Shown here piece after piece: positions 42,031 to 54,700 of a stretch of DNA of 64,000 nucleotides (positions are counted from its first letter, which is position 1; each line of letters opens with the position of its first letter). This stretch comes from the human T2T-CHM13v2.0 reference genome, Homo sapiens, in the NCBI RefSeq assembly GCF_009914755.1, contig NC_060936.1. One strand, given 5' to 3'. Both the position numbers and the translations under genes were made by a program. The notes under the pieces were generated by a model. It was not told the DNA's origin. It ran no database searches and worked only from the letters and a program-made list of their open reading frames with translations.

Positions 42031-42848
42031 ATGCTGCCCTCAAAATTCATATATATACACTCCTCTTATCATGAAGAGCCTATGCCAAGTAAAGCTAAAA
42101 TAATCCTTCCCAGTTCTTTCATAAGAGAAAGAGATTCTTAATTTTAATAAAAGCTTTATTTTGTTAGGATATTCGTTAGCAATTTACAATCCCTTATCGT
42201 TACAGATTTCTTTTTATGACACTCTTTCCTAGTCCAGCTTGTGCCCAATGTAGTGTGTTTATTAGCAACAATTACAATAACTACCTTGAAATTACTCTCT
42301 AAAAACATGCCAAGTGCTTTGATGCCTAGAGGGATAGCAGCCTGTGCTGACAGGGATTGAGTTGTTGAACAGGAAAGTTTATGTAAGGCCTCAACACCAA
42401 GGATCCTGGCAGTAGCAAGAAGAAACAGAGCATTATGACAGAGCATGCATGTGACAGCATCAGTATCTTCTTACAGCAGGGGCATGTAGCACAGAAAGGG
42501 ATCAGGTTGTCTTGTTTTTCTGGTGTTGTATCCCTAGCGCTTCTCTTTGCATTTCTGCCTGGGTAACTCACTCTAATTTCTCAATTTATGTCCATATTGC
42601 TTCTTGGATCACTCTTTTAATTCACCCCAGACTGAACTTGATCTCTATCTTCTTTGACATTAGCAGTCCCATAGAAAGTTGCAGGAAGGCAAGTAAGAGT
42701 ACCCAGGTCCAATAAAGGCTTAAAGGGAGCTCTCTCATTCACTAGTCAATGAAACACTCATTCAGTGAAATGCTGCTGTCAGGACAGAATGTACTTCCTG
42801 TAGACATCATTGGAAAGAAACTGTGTTCCTGTCCCATGTGAAAAAAAA

Positions 42849-43143
42849 TTTTTTTTTTTGAGTCAGGGTCCTGCTCTGTCACCCAGGCAGGAATGCAGTG
42901 GCACGATCATAGCTCAGTACATTCTCAAACTCCTGAACTCAAGTGATCCCCCAACCTCAGCCTCCTGAGTAGCTAGGATTACAAATTCACGCCACCATAC
43001 CTGGCTATTTTTTTTTAATTTTTTATAGAGATGAGGTCTTGCTATATTGTCCAGGCTGGTTGAAAACTCCTGGCCTAATGCAATCCTCCCATCTTGGCCT
43101 CCCAAAGCACTGGGATTACAAGCATGAGCCACTGCATCCAACC
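42849..43143 (-). mobile_element. AluJ
   Basis: TSD cccatgtga at 42833-41 and 43142-50. Confidence 0.95.
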
Positions 43144-43334
43144 CATGTGAGATTCTAACCTCATACAACTCATCTTTTGCTATGGGGTAGATACTAGACT
43201 TCAATTGCTCATGCATGCAGAACTACTCTGTCCTATACTTCTCTATCCCACAACTACTGCAATGAGTGCTGCTGTGAAATGTCTCTGGGCCTCTTTGAAA
43301 ATCTCCATATTCACAGGAGAACAAAGAAGGGAAC

Positions 43335-43544
43335 AGCAGAAATAGCTGTGAATACATTCTCCATTCTTGGGCAGGACCAGTCTATATATGTGATTTTCAG
43401 GCAGGCACTTCCTGCCTGAAAATGTCCTCTTGAATGCTAGCAGAAATAGCTGTGAATACATTCTCCATTCTTGGGCAGGATAGCATATGTGATTTTTAGG
43501 CAGGCACTTCCTGCCTGAAAATGTCCTCTTGAATGTTAGAAATA
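43335..43544 (+). repeat. ~104-bp tandem duplication, each unit with a hairpin
   Basis: Units start at 43335 and 43439; second unit 5 bp shorter. Confidence 0.95.
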
Positions 43545-43649
43545 AGTGGAAAAGGAGGAAATTAGAGTTGGGAGAAGTAAAGAGATTGGTGAAGCAGGAA
43601 TAGATGTTTTTGTATTACAGTCATGGAAAAGGTAAAGAAAATAGTATCA

Positions 43650-44373
43650 GGTGTGATTAGGCTTGTCTGTATATAATAGAAACTCCCAATATGTGGCTTA
43701 AACAAGACAGGTTTGTTTCCTCTTCAGATAAATGAAGTAGAGATGTAAGCATTTGTTATGAATGTCTGTACCCCTCCAAAATGCAAAAGTTGAAATCCTA
43801 ACCCCCACCCTTATAAAAGAGACCCCAGAGAGCTCACTCTCTCCTTCTACTATGTTAGGACAGAGGGCAAACACTGCCATCACATCTATGAAGCAGGAAA
43901 CAGCCCTCACTGGACACCAAATCTGCCAGCCTCTTGATCTTGGACTTCCTAGCCTCCGGAACTGTGAAAAGTAAGTATCTTTTGCTTAAGCCACCCAGTC
44001 TTAGCCTGAACTGACTAAAACAGACACATACACTGCTATAGCAGGTCCAAAGTCATCAGGAACTCTAGAGCCTATCTTTCTACATAGTTTCTATCTGCAA
44101 GGCCTAAGGTGGCTATAGTGCTTCAGATATTACATTTCAGGCAAAAAGAGGAGGAAGAAGGGAAGGGCCAAAAAGATTTCCCTCTCAACTGAGTCAGCCT
44201 GCTTCACATAGCCTTCCCGAAAGCACACCCAAGGACTTCTACCTAATCTCATTGACCACCCATGGGAAGCTAGGAAATAAGAGTGTGTATCTGGGCACAT
44301 TGCCAACTGGAAAAACATCAGGTTTCTAGGAGTAAATGGAGAATGGATATTGGGTAGGCAACTAGCAGTTTCT
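43650..44373 (-). mobile_element. Old MLT1 (J-like) LTR interrupted by MLT1A
   Basis: gtggcttaaacaaga...atctgggcacattgcca...ggatattgggtaggcaactagcagtttct. Confidence 0.7.
43754..44022 (+). mobile_element. MLT1A-type LTR, internally deleted
   Basis: gttgaaatcctaacccc...gagaccccagagagctc...cttgatcttggacttcctagcctccggaactgtga...gactaaaaca. Confidence 0.85.
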
Positions 44374-45459
44374 AAGCTAAAAGCTAAGACAAAATACTTT
44401 CGGTCTTGGCTCTTAAATCCTGCATGTTTTTTGAAAGTAGGAAGGGAATGCACTGCTATTTCCCTAATTTGACATTTCTCCCATGGGAGTAGAGATACAT
44501 GAATGAAAATGAACCAGAATATTTAAATCAGCTGCATGGAAATTTATCACTCACATCTTCCAAATTATTTTTAAGTTTAAAATGAAAGGAAATCTTGATT
44601 ACATGGGTTAAAAGAACAACTTTATTATATCAGAGGGAGCTATTCAAACTGAAATGTAGAGCTTTGTTTTGAAAACAAAAACCATCCATTAGAGGGGGAG
44701 TTAGTTCATCAAAAGAAAGAATGAAACCAGTAAACATCTGCAATTTCACATGATGAGGGGAACAAAATATAAAGCTCAGTTATTTTAAGCAATAGACAAA
44801 AGAAAAAGTGAAAGCAGAAGTAGGCCTAAGACTTGTCACTCTTGCTGCCACAGGGCATACCACTCAATCACTCCGTGTGGACACATCTGGTGGAAAGGGA
44901 GGCCCTCCATATTTCACTCAGTTCTGCTTATGCTTCTTGAGACCCTCCAAATAGAAAAATCACATTATATATTTTGACAAGAGGCTTTCTTGTTTGCAAA
45001 GGTATCAAATAGTCTTACAAGGGAAGATGGCACACATTAAGAGATCATTTTTATGATGAAGAATAAAAGCCCTTCAATTCAAGGCTATGTCAGGAAAGCT
45101 GGGATGTACAGTAGCCTTAATAAACTTGGATTGACCTTTACAATCAGGAACTATAAGACTCTACCTGAGACTTACTGTTCTGCAAATGACACCTAAACCA
45201 CAGGTCCAAGTCTCATATCCGGTCTGAGGGAAACCTGGCATCAGGCAAGAGACACGGAGCAACAGGAAGGGCAAAGACCTGCTCTTATTTCCTTGTTACC
45301 TTCTCACTGCCATAATGAACTAAAGTTCCATTGAGTGTTCCACAATTGTATTGTCATGTTTGGGAAGCAATGGCATACATAAAGTCTTCTCAAAATTATA
45401 ATGCATTCAGCAACAAAAAACTTTAAGTATTTCTTGCTGAGTTGATCCTTCAGATCATG

Positions 45460-45672
45460 TGCATATGGGCAGAAAACATGAGCTTTGCAGTCAGAAATAC
45501 TTGGTGGAGAATTAAGACCCATGATTCACTGGGCAAGGGTAACACTGGGAAAGCAATTAATATTTTTCACATGCAAAACTGGGGAACTAGTTCTTTACAG
45601 TGGTGTTGCAATGATTCAATGAGATGATACACAGCAAGCACCTGGCACTTAGTAGGTATTCAACAAGTGTTA
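45460..45672 (+). mobile_element. MIR
   Basis: catgagctttgcagtcaga...gattcaatgagatgat...cacctggcacttagtaggtattcaacaagtgttag. Confidence 0.8.
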
Positions 45673-48092
45673 GAATCTCTCCCTCTCTCCCACCTCCCCA
45701 GACTTCTTTCCCACTCTCAACAATTCACTGTTTTGGATTTACGTTCACATATTTAGCAAAATTTGATCATATTAATATATTATGAGGTTAAATGAGAATG
45801 CCAATCATATCACCAACATGGATTAAAAACTTTTGTTCCTTTACAATGTGACATTAGTCATAGACCTCCAAGAAATAGCTGGCCTGAGGGATGGTTTCAG
45901 GCAAAGATTCTGGGATGGTGCAGAAGTATGTGAACACCACCAGCTTCAAATCTCAGATCAGCTGAGCAGTCTCCCAGATGTCATTCAGCAGTCTTCCTCC
46001 TATACTCAGTCCTTTGCTCCAGGACTAGAAGACAACTCGTGAAAACTGCCAGTTTCATTCATCAGCTCAAAGTTGAGGTTACCAAGTAGGCCACTTCGGA
46101 ATATTGCAAAAGAGATACAGGGAGAGATGAAAGTGAACTGGAATTTTTCATACCAATGACTTAATATGGGAAATAGTGACAATCTTCTGGGAAAATTCAC
46201 TTAGACATCATTTAATATATTTGGATATAGACACAGAAATACTGACGTTGTTGTTTTAAGAGCTTGTATTTCAAATGAAATATAAAGACCCTTAAATGCA
46301 TATTGTTGTTAGCGCTTTTGAATTATTGAACAGTAAAGATACATGTTCTGCGTGAAATGTTCATTTCTTCAATGCTTGGAAGTGAGGTACTAGGGAAAGC
46401 TTCACATATACGTGACAAATTAGTTGCTAAATTCTGTTTTTCAGACCATGGAGTTCTGATTTGTTTATTTTTAAATACATTATTTATACAAATACAGTTT
46501 TTTTTAGAGTAAATGCAAGAGAAGGGTATAGAATTAAATAACTAGTCAAATTCTGAAATAAGACAAAACTACCCATTAAAATACTTTCTTGTTAATTCAC
46601 ATTTAATGACTGGGAAATCCTTGGCTTATTACTATGCTATGTAAATCAACATGCAAAAAAGCATTAAAAAAATTTAGAGCACTACACCGCAATCCATAGT
46701 TATTTATTTTGACAATTCTAGTTGTTTTAATTATTCATTATAGTACTTTATGGCAGAGTGTAAACGTGCTGCAGTATTTTTTTTTTTTTTTGTAAGTTTA
46801 AAAGTCTGTGTATGGCAATACTTCAAGAGCGCTTTTTTCCTCCCATTAAATGTTTTGTATAATCAGGAAAGAGACTGCCTTTTAAGTAAACTTTCAAGGT
46901 TATTAACCGACACAGTAGAATAAATTATGTCCTACGCCTCACCTACTTTTACAATTTGAAGATTTTGAAGAAAGATAAATTATTTTTTAAAGAATATCTC
47001 CAAAAAAAATATTGTGAGCTTTGCCTAATGAAATTCTTGAGGTTAAGTTTTTAGTATTTCAAGGCTTCTGTTTGAAGGGGAGGTAGGAAAGAAAACCACA
47101 GATATCAAGTAATCAAAAAAAGATTTTAGGAAACACTACATTTTCTCTTTAAAGTCTACTTGTTGAATGTAAAACAACATAGACACAGAAGGGCTTAAAT
47201 CTATAGATATTGTTCTTTCCCAAAATGATATGAAGGGAAAGAATATTAACAATAGACAATAAAGATTTAGAGATCAAGGATAATTAGATATCACCAAAGG
47301 CATCTGCACTTGCCACACTTAAGAATAGGGTTTATGGGCTGCTGCCTTCTGATGGAGGATGAGGAAGAGAGGTGGAAGTTAAACTCTTCTCTACTTTTAC
47401 TCAGCCAAGCAAAGGTTTTCAACAGAAAGTCCCTAGACACAGCAGTGCAGTGTTTCTGCACCTGTTGACACTTTAGGATACTGGATATTTCTTCAGCAAG
47501 AAGGCACTGACTCTTTAAGAGAGTAATTTTATGTGTGCTATAAGAAAGCAACTTTATGTCTGCCTTTTAGGAAGTATGGTATTTAATAGCAGGTTCATAC
47601 CCTTTATATAACAAATACTGTAATGTGCCACTAGAAATGAACAGCAGGAAGGGGAAACATTTTTCTCCCTGCTATATAGGCTAGAGGGCACTGTAGTATA
47701 ATCTTAGTAGAGACGTTTCCAACCTTTCTATAACCCAGACTTTTGCACATCAGTTATTGAACAAATATTTCAAACCCCTGCATGGTGGTGCTGCCCTGCC
47801 CACTGGCCAAGAACTGCATGGAAAAGTGGAAGTAATGGAAGTATTAATTAGTCAAAATGATAAGAAGCAAGGATCACAGATGGAAAATCAATTGATCTGA
47901 GAGTTGGCTGATGGTGTTTTCAATTATGAATTAAAAAAATGAAGGTTAGAAATGTGTATGAAATTCTGGGAATTTATATTCTGAGACTGTGTCTAAAAGA
48001 CATATCTAATTGGGGAGTTCATCATATATTAGTTATTTGCTTATGAAAGCCCCATTCCTTTAAATAGGAAGCTTGTTAAAATGTTAAGATTG

Positions 48093-48420
<328 letters not shown>

Positions 48421-49614
48421 TTATTGGTAAAGCAAAAGAGAGTTTAAAAGATTGGCTACTTCTATGGTGCTGCGGTGTCCTCAACAAAGGAGATTTCACC
48501 ATCCCAAGTCCTTAGATACAAGAAATATTGCCGAGTCTCTACGCATGTTGACTCTGTAAAAGCATTTGTGATACCTCACAAAGTAGATAGCATTTGGGTA
48601 TTCAGTAAACATTTTCAAAATTGTAATATATAAACAAATGGAGGCTGTTTGTGTTTCCTTTTTACTTTAAATTCTAGTTCAAATTGCCCCATCCAGTTAC
48701 CCATTACTATAAGTTGAAGGAACATGAATGTGGCAAGTTGCCTGGTTCTTGTTTTATAAAAATGTTCATTGTAGGAAATCTCTGCTCCAAGCTCCTCACT
48801 TTCCATATGTGGATGTTTGTGTTTGTGAGGTGTGAGTGCCTAGTGCCTAGATAGAGATGATAGATGCCATGGAATTACATAGGTCAGTAGTTGGGCAGGG
48901 CAGAAAGCCCCAGGGGAGGATACTGAGAAACAGACAAGAGGGACTTTTCTTTGCTAAGATAATCTTAACTCTGTTGTTAGGAATACATGGTTTATGAGAG
49001 CAAATGACAATTCAGGTATGATTGAAATGAAATATTCTGTGTTTTCAATAGGAAATAATTGCAAATCAAAGGTTTTATGAGCAAGAGGAAAATAACTACA
49101 CATCGACCCAAAATTTATATAAAGGATTCAACCTTTAAAAAACCTTTCTTGAATTTTCAGCTGATTAGAAGGTCTTATTATAGTTCATATTAATTACATG
49201 TGTTATTATATAGTCATTTTAAAGTGACAGACTAAGTTTAGAATGCTCTTGGCAATGCTCAGTGAGGATTTTACAAGAGTTTCTCAGGTTTTTAAATGAT
49301 TTTTTCAACTTTCGCAAGTTACCTTAATAAAAGCCATAGTGTTTTCGATTTCTACTACAATGTAATAGGATAAATATATCCTTTTATATCTTTAAGACAT
49401 TTTAAAGGAACATTTTCTGCACAAAATTTGAGAAGAGATGCTATTAGTAAAAAGGTGGTCAGTTCTCGATGTGTAAAACAAAAAAAAGGATGTATTAAAT
49501 CATAAGAAAAAAAGGATGCTCAATTGAAAATCTGACTGGACTATCTAGGCACGCAAATATTCATAAAAATTTTAATTTCAAAGGCAAAACTTGTATCATT
49601 TAAAATCAAGGTAG

Positions 49615-49930
49615 GGCTGGTGCAATGGCTCATACCTGTAATCCCAGCACTTTGGGAGGCTGAGGTGGGAGGATCACATGAGGCTAGGCTTGAGGCCAGG
49701 AATTCAAGACCAGCCTGGGCAACATAGCAAGACCTCATCTCTACAAAAACAAAGAAACAAACAAAAAAATTAGCTGGGCATGGTGGGCACACTTGTAGTC
49801 CCAGCTACTTGGGAGGCTGAGGTGGGAGAATCAACTGAGCCCAGGAAGTCGAAGCTGAAGAGTTGTGAGTGCACCACCGAACTCAGCCCGGGCAACCAAG
49901 TGAGACCCTGTCTCAAAAAAAAATAAAATA
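49615..49930 (+). mobile_element. AluJ with an internal ~12-bp duplication
   Basis: TSD aaggtag on both sides; catgaggctagg cttgaggccagg. Confidence 0.94.
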
Positions 49931-50304
49931 AGGTAGAAAAGAGCCCAGATTTCCCACTTTCTCTTATTATTTTATATATCTTCCTTATTACCCTCAGTAC
50001 TGATGAAAGCAAGTTATCAATACATAGGATGTATGTAGTACAGCATCATTGCCACAGAAAGGCAGGATACTGGCCTCTCAAGCATACGCACTCTGGGACT
50101 AGGTCATCCCTAAAGGAGCCAAGCTGTTGCTAGGTAAGACCAGAACGGGAAGGCACAAAACAGACTGCAAATAACCAAAATGGGAGCAAGCAAGGGTAAA
50201 TTACTTTGGTGTTTATTGAGCACCTACTAGACTGGACACCATCAGGGGCTAGAAATCTACATTCTTAAGATATACTTTGTCTATGGAAAGCTCCTAGTTG
50301 GCTT

Positions 50305-50640
50305 TTCTTTTTAACTTTTTATTTTAAAGTAATTTTAAACCTTGAGAAAAAAATTGAAAATTGTAGAAAAGGTTCCCATAGACCTTTCCCCCAGCTTGCC
50401 TTAATGTCAATATCTCACATAACCTTCATACCAATGACCACAACTAAGGAATTGACCTTGGTACAATACTATTAACTAAACTACAAACTTTGTCTCACCA
50501 GTTTTTCTACTATGGTCCTTCTGTTCCAGGATTCACTCCAGGATCCCACATTGCACTTTGTCATCATGTCTCTTTAATCGCCTCCATTCTGGGACAGTTC
50601 CTCAGTCTTTTCTTGTCTTTCAAAACCTTGTCATTTTTTG
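50305..50640 (-). mobile_element. L1MC-type 3'UTR fragment
   Basis: ggtacaatactattaactaaactaca...ctgttccaggattcactccaggatcccacattgca. Confidence 0.75.
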
Positions 50641-53600
50641 TTAGTTGACTTTTAAACAATCATGATGGAATGTGTAAGTTCTATGAGAGAAGTACATTTT
50701 TGCTAGTGGGGAGGAGAACTTTAAAGAAAGATGACATTTGAACTGGGTCGGGGAAAATAAAGTAAGATTTTGCCAATTTAGTACTTCTATCTCATCTGTT
50801 CAACTCAACATTACTTATAGTAATAGAACATTAAGCATTGGAAATATAGCATTGAACAAGACATAAATGGCCTCTGCTCATATGTATTTTATGAATATTA
50901 AACAAGCCACAACAGGTACATTAAGCATAACAAGGAAGAGATAAGAAGGACTGGGTTACATTCAGCAAATGAATCTCACCTTAGCTAAAGGGCCAGGAAA
51001 GGTTCCCAGGAGGAAACAGAGGCAAGTTGAGATCTGTGTGGTGACCAGGGGTTAGTGTCAGGTAAAAGGAGGAGCAAGAGTGTTCCAGGAAGTGGGGGGT
51101 CAGCATTCCAAAGACATGGGGACAGCAGCACTTGTCATATTCCAGTAATTTCAAATGCTGTACCAATGAGATGACGATAGAAGGGGGTAGTGTGAAGAAA
51201 GACTACATGAGGTTGGAAATATGATGAGAAACTTCAAATAACAACAAAGAAAGGGGAGAAAACAGGTAGAAAAGTAAAACAGAAAGAGATTCCTACATCA
51301 ATTGCACAACAACAAGTTCCATTCATTTTTCTGAATTATTTGAGGGGAGGGTGGCTGGAACAAGGAGAAAGGGTCATGCCAACCTAAGAAGAAGACATGC
51401 AAAGTGACAAGAACAGTGTTGGATTGCCCTTCAAGATGACAGAGATTAGGGCATTAGCAAAATTGGGTTACCCAAAGTGAAAAAAAATAATAAAGGTATT
51501 ATTTTTCCAAAGAAGTATCAGCATCATGGAAATTTTAAGAACTTTGTTAAACTTCCTTAAACTTATTTTAATGACTCCATATTGTTTTTATTTTGAATTA
51601 CATCAAATGGAAGATATGATTTCCATTTTTATGGCTTCTAAATGTCCTAGTCTTGGCCGAAAATACAGATGCTAATGACATTCCATCTCAAAACCAACAA
51701 GATGAGATGAATAAGAGAGTGCAGAACACAGCTTTTTTGGCAGGAGGGCAGAAGACCAGGCAGAGTGTGGGTGGCAGGCTGAAAGTCAATGACAATCTGA
51801 TGCAGGCCTAGCCAGAGAACAGCAAAAAGTCCAGGAAAGTCTCTGTCACAGAAATCAGGGAAGGAGAGGATTTCAAGAAGGAGGCACCCCTTTCTACAGA
51901 GAGGTAAAAAAGGATAAGTGCTGAAAATGATTCATGTAAGATCTGGCCCTTAACAGGTTAGCTGTCATGGGTGACCTTTGTTAGAACGGTTTCAGAATGG
52001 TAATGGGGTAGACACTGTATTAAAATAAATTGAGGAACAAATATGATCTGAAGAAACAGTGTTGCATATTAAACACCCTCTTGCACAGAGTTTGTTTATG
52101 AGGAGTGAGATTGGAGTGCATGGTATATAGGACATAGAAAATATTTTAATGGAAGATGTTATATTCCTAGACCAGAGGGAAAAAATGATATGGAACTTTT
52201 TGCTGGAAGAGGACTGTATATCTTCAGGGATACTGTTTTGATGATGGTAGCTGCAATAATTTTTAGCCATAAAAATGTCTTCATTGCAGATCTAAGAGTA
52301 GTGGAAGCAAGATGTCTGCCTGGAGAATGACTACCTTGAACTTCTGATCTGAAAACAACCCTTGGATTTAAGAGGAGCCAAATGAAGCCTGCATTGCCAT
52401 CAAGACTGCCTCAGACATAGTAACTCTATCTATCCCTCAATGGAGGAGCTTAGACTTCACACTGCACCCAGCACCAAACACCTCTTTCTTCCTTTTCAGC
52501 ACATTCCTCAATATTTTTGTTATTATGCTCTCTTTACATTTGTGATAATACCATTTATTACTTATTTTAAATTTTTTCTTGCTAATTCACTGTTTTTAAT
52601 CTTTTTGAAAAATCTCCTTCCTTCTCTCTATCCTTGTTATCATTCATGTCTTTGTTTTGCTATTTTTCCACGTTAGTACATTATGATGCATTAGTTCCTA
52701 GTGACATGAGCTCCTAGTACTTTCCTCACCTCTATCTCAAATGGCCTCTTTCACACCAATCATCATATCCTTCCAATGTTCTCTATGAATAATGAGAGAA
52801 GGTCATATGCCAAAGACTGAGCAATGCAGGTGGAGCAGAGAGCTTGGGGTGAATGCTAAATTCAGAATGGCTCAAACAAATAGGTTATTTACCTGTTGAA
52901 GACTGATAAGGGTTTTGAAAAATCATTGCATATGCAAAACTAGTTTCAATGTAAATCCTGTATATAGAACATTTCAACAAAGATGTTTTCATTATCAGCT
53001 CACGTGGTCAGTTTAAGGCTTCTTCCCTGACCTTGCTGCCTTCACACTCTACTCTTTTACTCCTTTCCTACTTATAGCCAATTAGAATTTACTAAGTGCC
53101 TAAAGAATGTCCTCATTGAGTTACATAAGTAATTATATGAAAGCTGCTGTAATGGAGGTAGAGACAGTGTGTGTGAGAACAAGGTTTAGATGATTTTCTT
53201 CTAAAACATCTTTTGGCTCCTTTTCTTTCTCTTTAGCCCCTCCCCTACCTTCTCTTTGTCTTTACCCTAGCTATTTCTCTTCTAATATGTCTAAAATATC
53301 ATCTTTAGTTAACTGGCTGAACACAATAAAATAGTTCCAAGTTACTGCCATAATAATGTCAAATCTACTGAAAACTGGATCAAAGGCCTTTCATGCTATT
53401 TTGGACAGCATCCAAACTATCTCATTCCCACAACTTAAGTTTTTTTTATCTCATCTAAGCAGATTATAATCAATCACAATACTCTTCTGTCTCTGGTCAG
53501 TGCATTTAATCAAAGTCTTCTTTTAATGGACTTTCAAGGTTGAAGAGCACTATCACTAATGACTATACAGGTAGTACATGCAATTTCAGACACAGAAGCA

Positions 53601-54247
53601 CATGAAATATGAATTTCCCTTGTTTGGAAGCAAGACTTAGGCTCAGGACACATCTCTTCCTAGCATTCATTATTCTCCTTCCTTCTGTCTTTCTGGCCAG
53701 TTTAATGACTACTTCATCACTAGCCTTTCTCCCCAGTTGTCATTCTCTCTCTGCCTAAGTACAAAAGATGAAGCAGGGTGGAGGGCCTATATCTATCTTC
53801 AGAGATGAGCCTTCCCTTTACTTTCTTCTCCTGCATTCTATAAAATGTAATTCCACCTTTGGGGAGTGACCATGGGCTTGCAAAACTCCTGGTTCACCCG
53901 TAATCAGGGACCGAAGCCAGGACACTGAAGCCATGGTATGACCACCAAATCTGTATTGAAACCAAAAGGCTGCAGCAGAAATCTTTAAGCAAGAGCTGCA
54001 GAATGTGTCAGTCATACAACCTTTCCAGCTTAAGAACTTATGAAGTTGGGTCTCGGTGTGAACATAACCACAGGCCCTTCCTATTTAGCACACCTTCTCT
54101 TAACCTCAAAAACATTTTGAGGACAAGGAAAAGAAATAGTGAGTGTGAAAATGAAACCCAGGAAACTTGAAATGAAGAGACTGAGAATCAAAGAATTAGA
54201 AATCAAAACGCAAATCAAAAACGTTTTCTAAACTTGACTTTGTAGAC

Positions 54248-54441
54248 CAGTGATTCTAAAACTATGTCCCTAGAAGTTCTTCAAAGGTGCTTCAAGGACT
54301 CAGAGGGTACGTCCCTAGGCCCTAGAATTCCACTTAACCAGAACAGCTCCATCTTTATCACTTTTACATACTGGATCTCCAGGTCAGACTTCAATTTGAA
54401 GGACAGGTTCTACAACATGAAGAAAACATTTTTCAACCATT
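54248..54441. mobile_element. MER112 (hAT-Charlie)
   Basis: cagtgattct...accagaacagctccatctttatc...tttacatactgg...ttcaatttgaag. Confidence 0.65.
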
Positions 54442-54454
54442 ATTTCAACTGCAG

Positions 54455-54700
54455 CCGTTCATACCTTCATCTATTCAGTAAACATTTATTGAGCATCTAC
54501 TACGTGCCAAGCATTGTGCTAATGGATGGGGATACAAAAATAAGTAATATATGGTTGTTACCCTCAAGGGGCTCTCCCTGGAGATGGGTAGAGAAGCAAA
54601 TTATGCAAAACTCAGAGCATGGTGATTTATCAGGTGCTACAACAGTGGGAGAAACTGGAGCTTTGAGATCCCATAAAACAGGTGCTTTAATATCTGGAAA
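54455..54700. mobile_element. L2 3' end
   Basis: aaacatttattgagcatctactacgtgccaagcattgtgcta...ccctcaaggggctc. Confidence 0.8.

Noticed and set aside
33718-47695. Additional CTCF-like words (33720, 44885, 47680)
   Set aside because: Each mismatches key core positions; expected by chance
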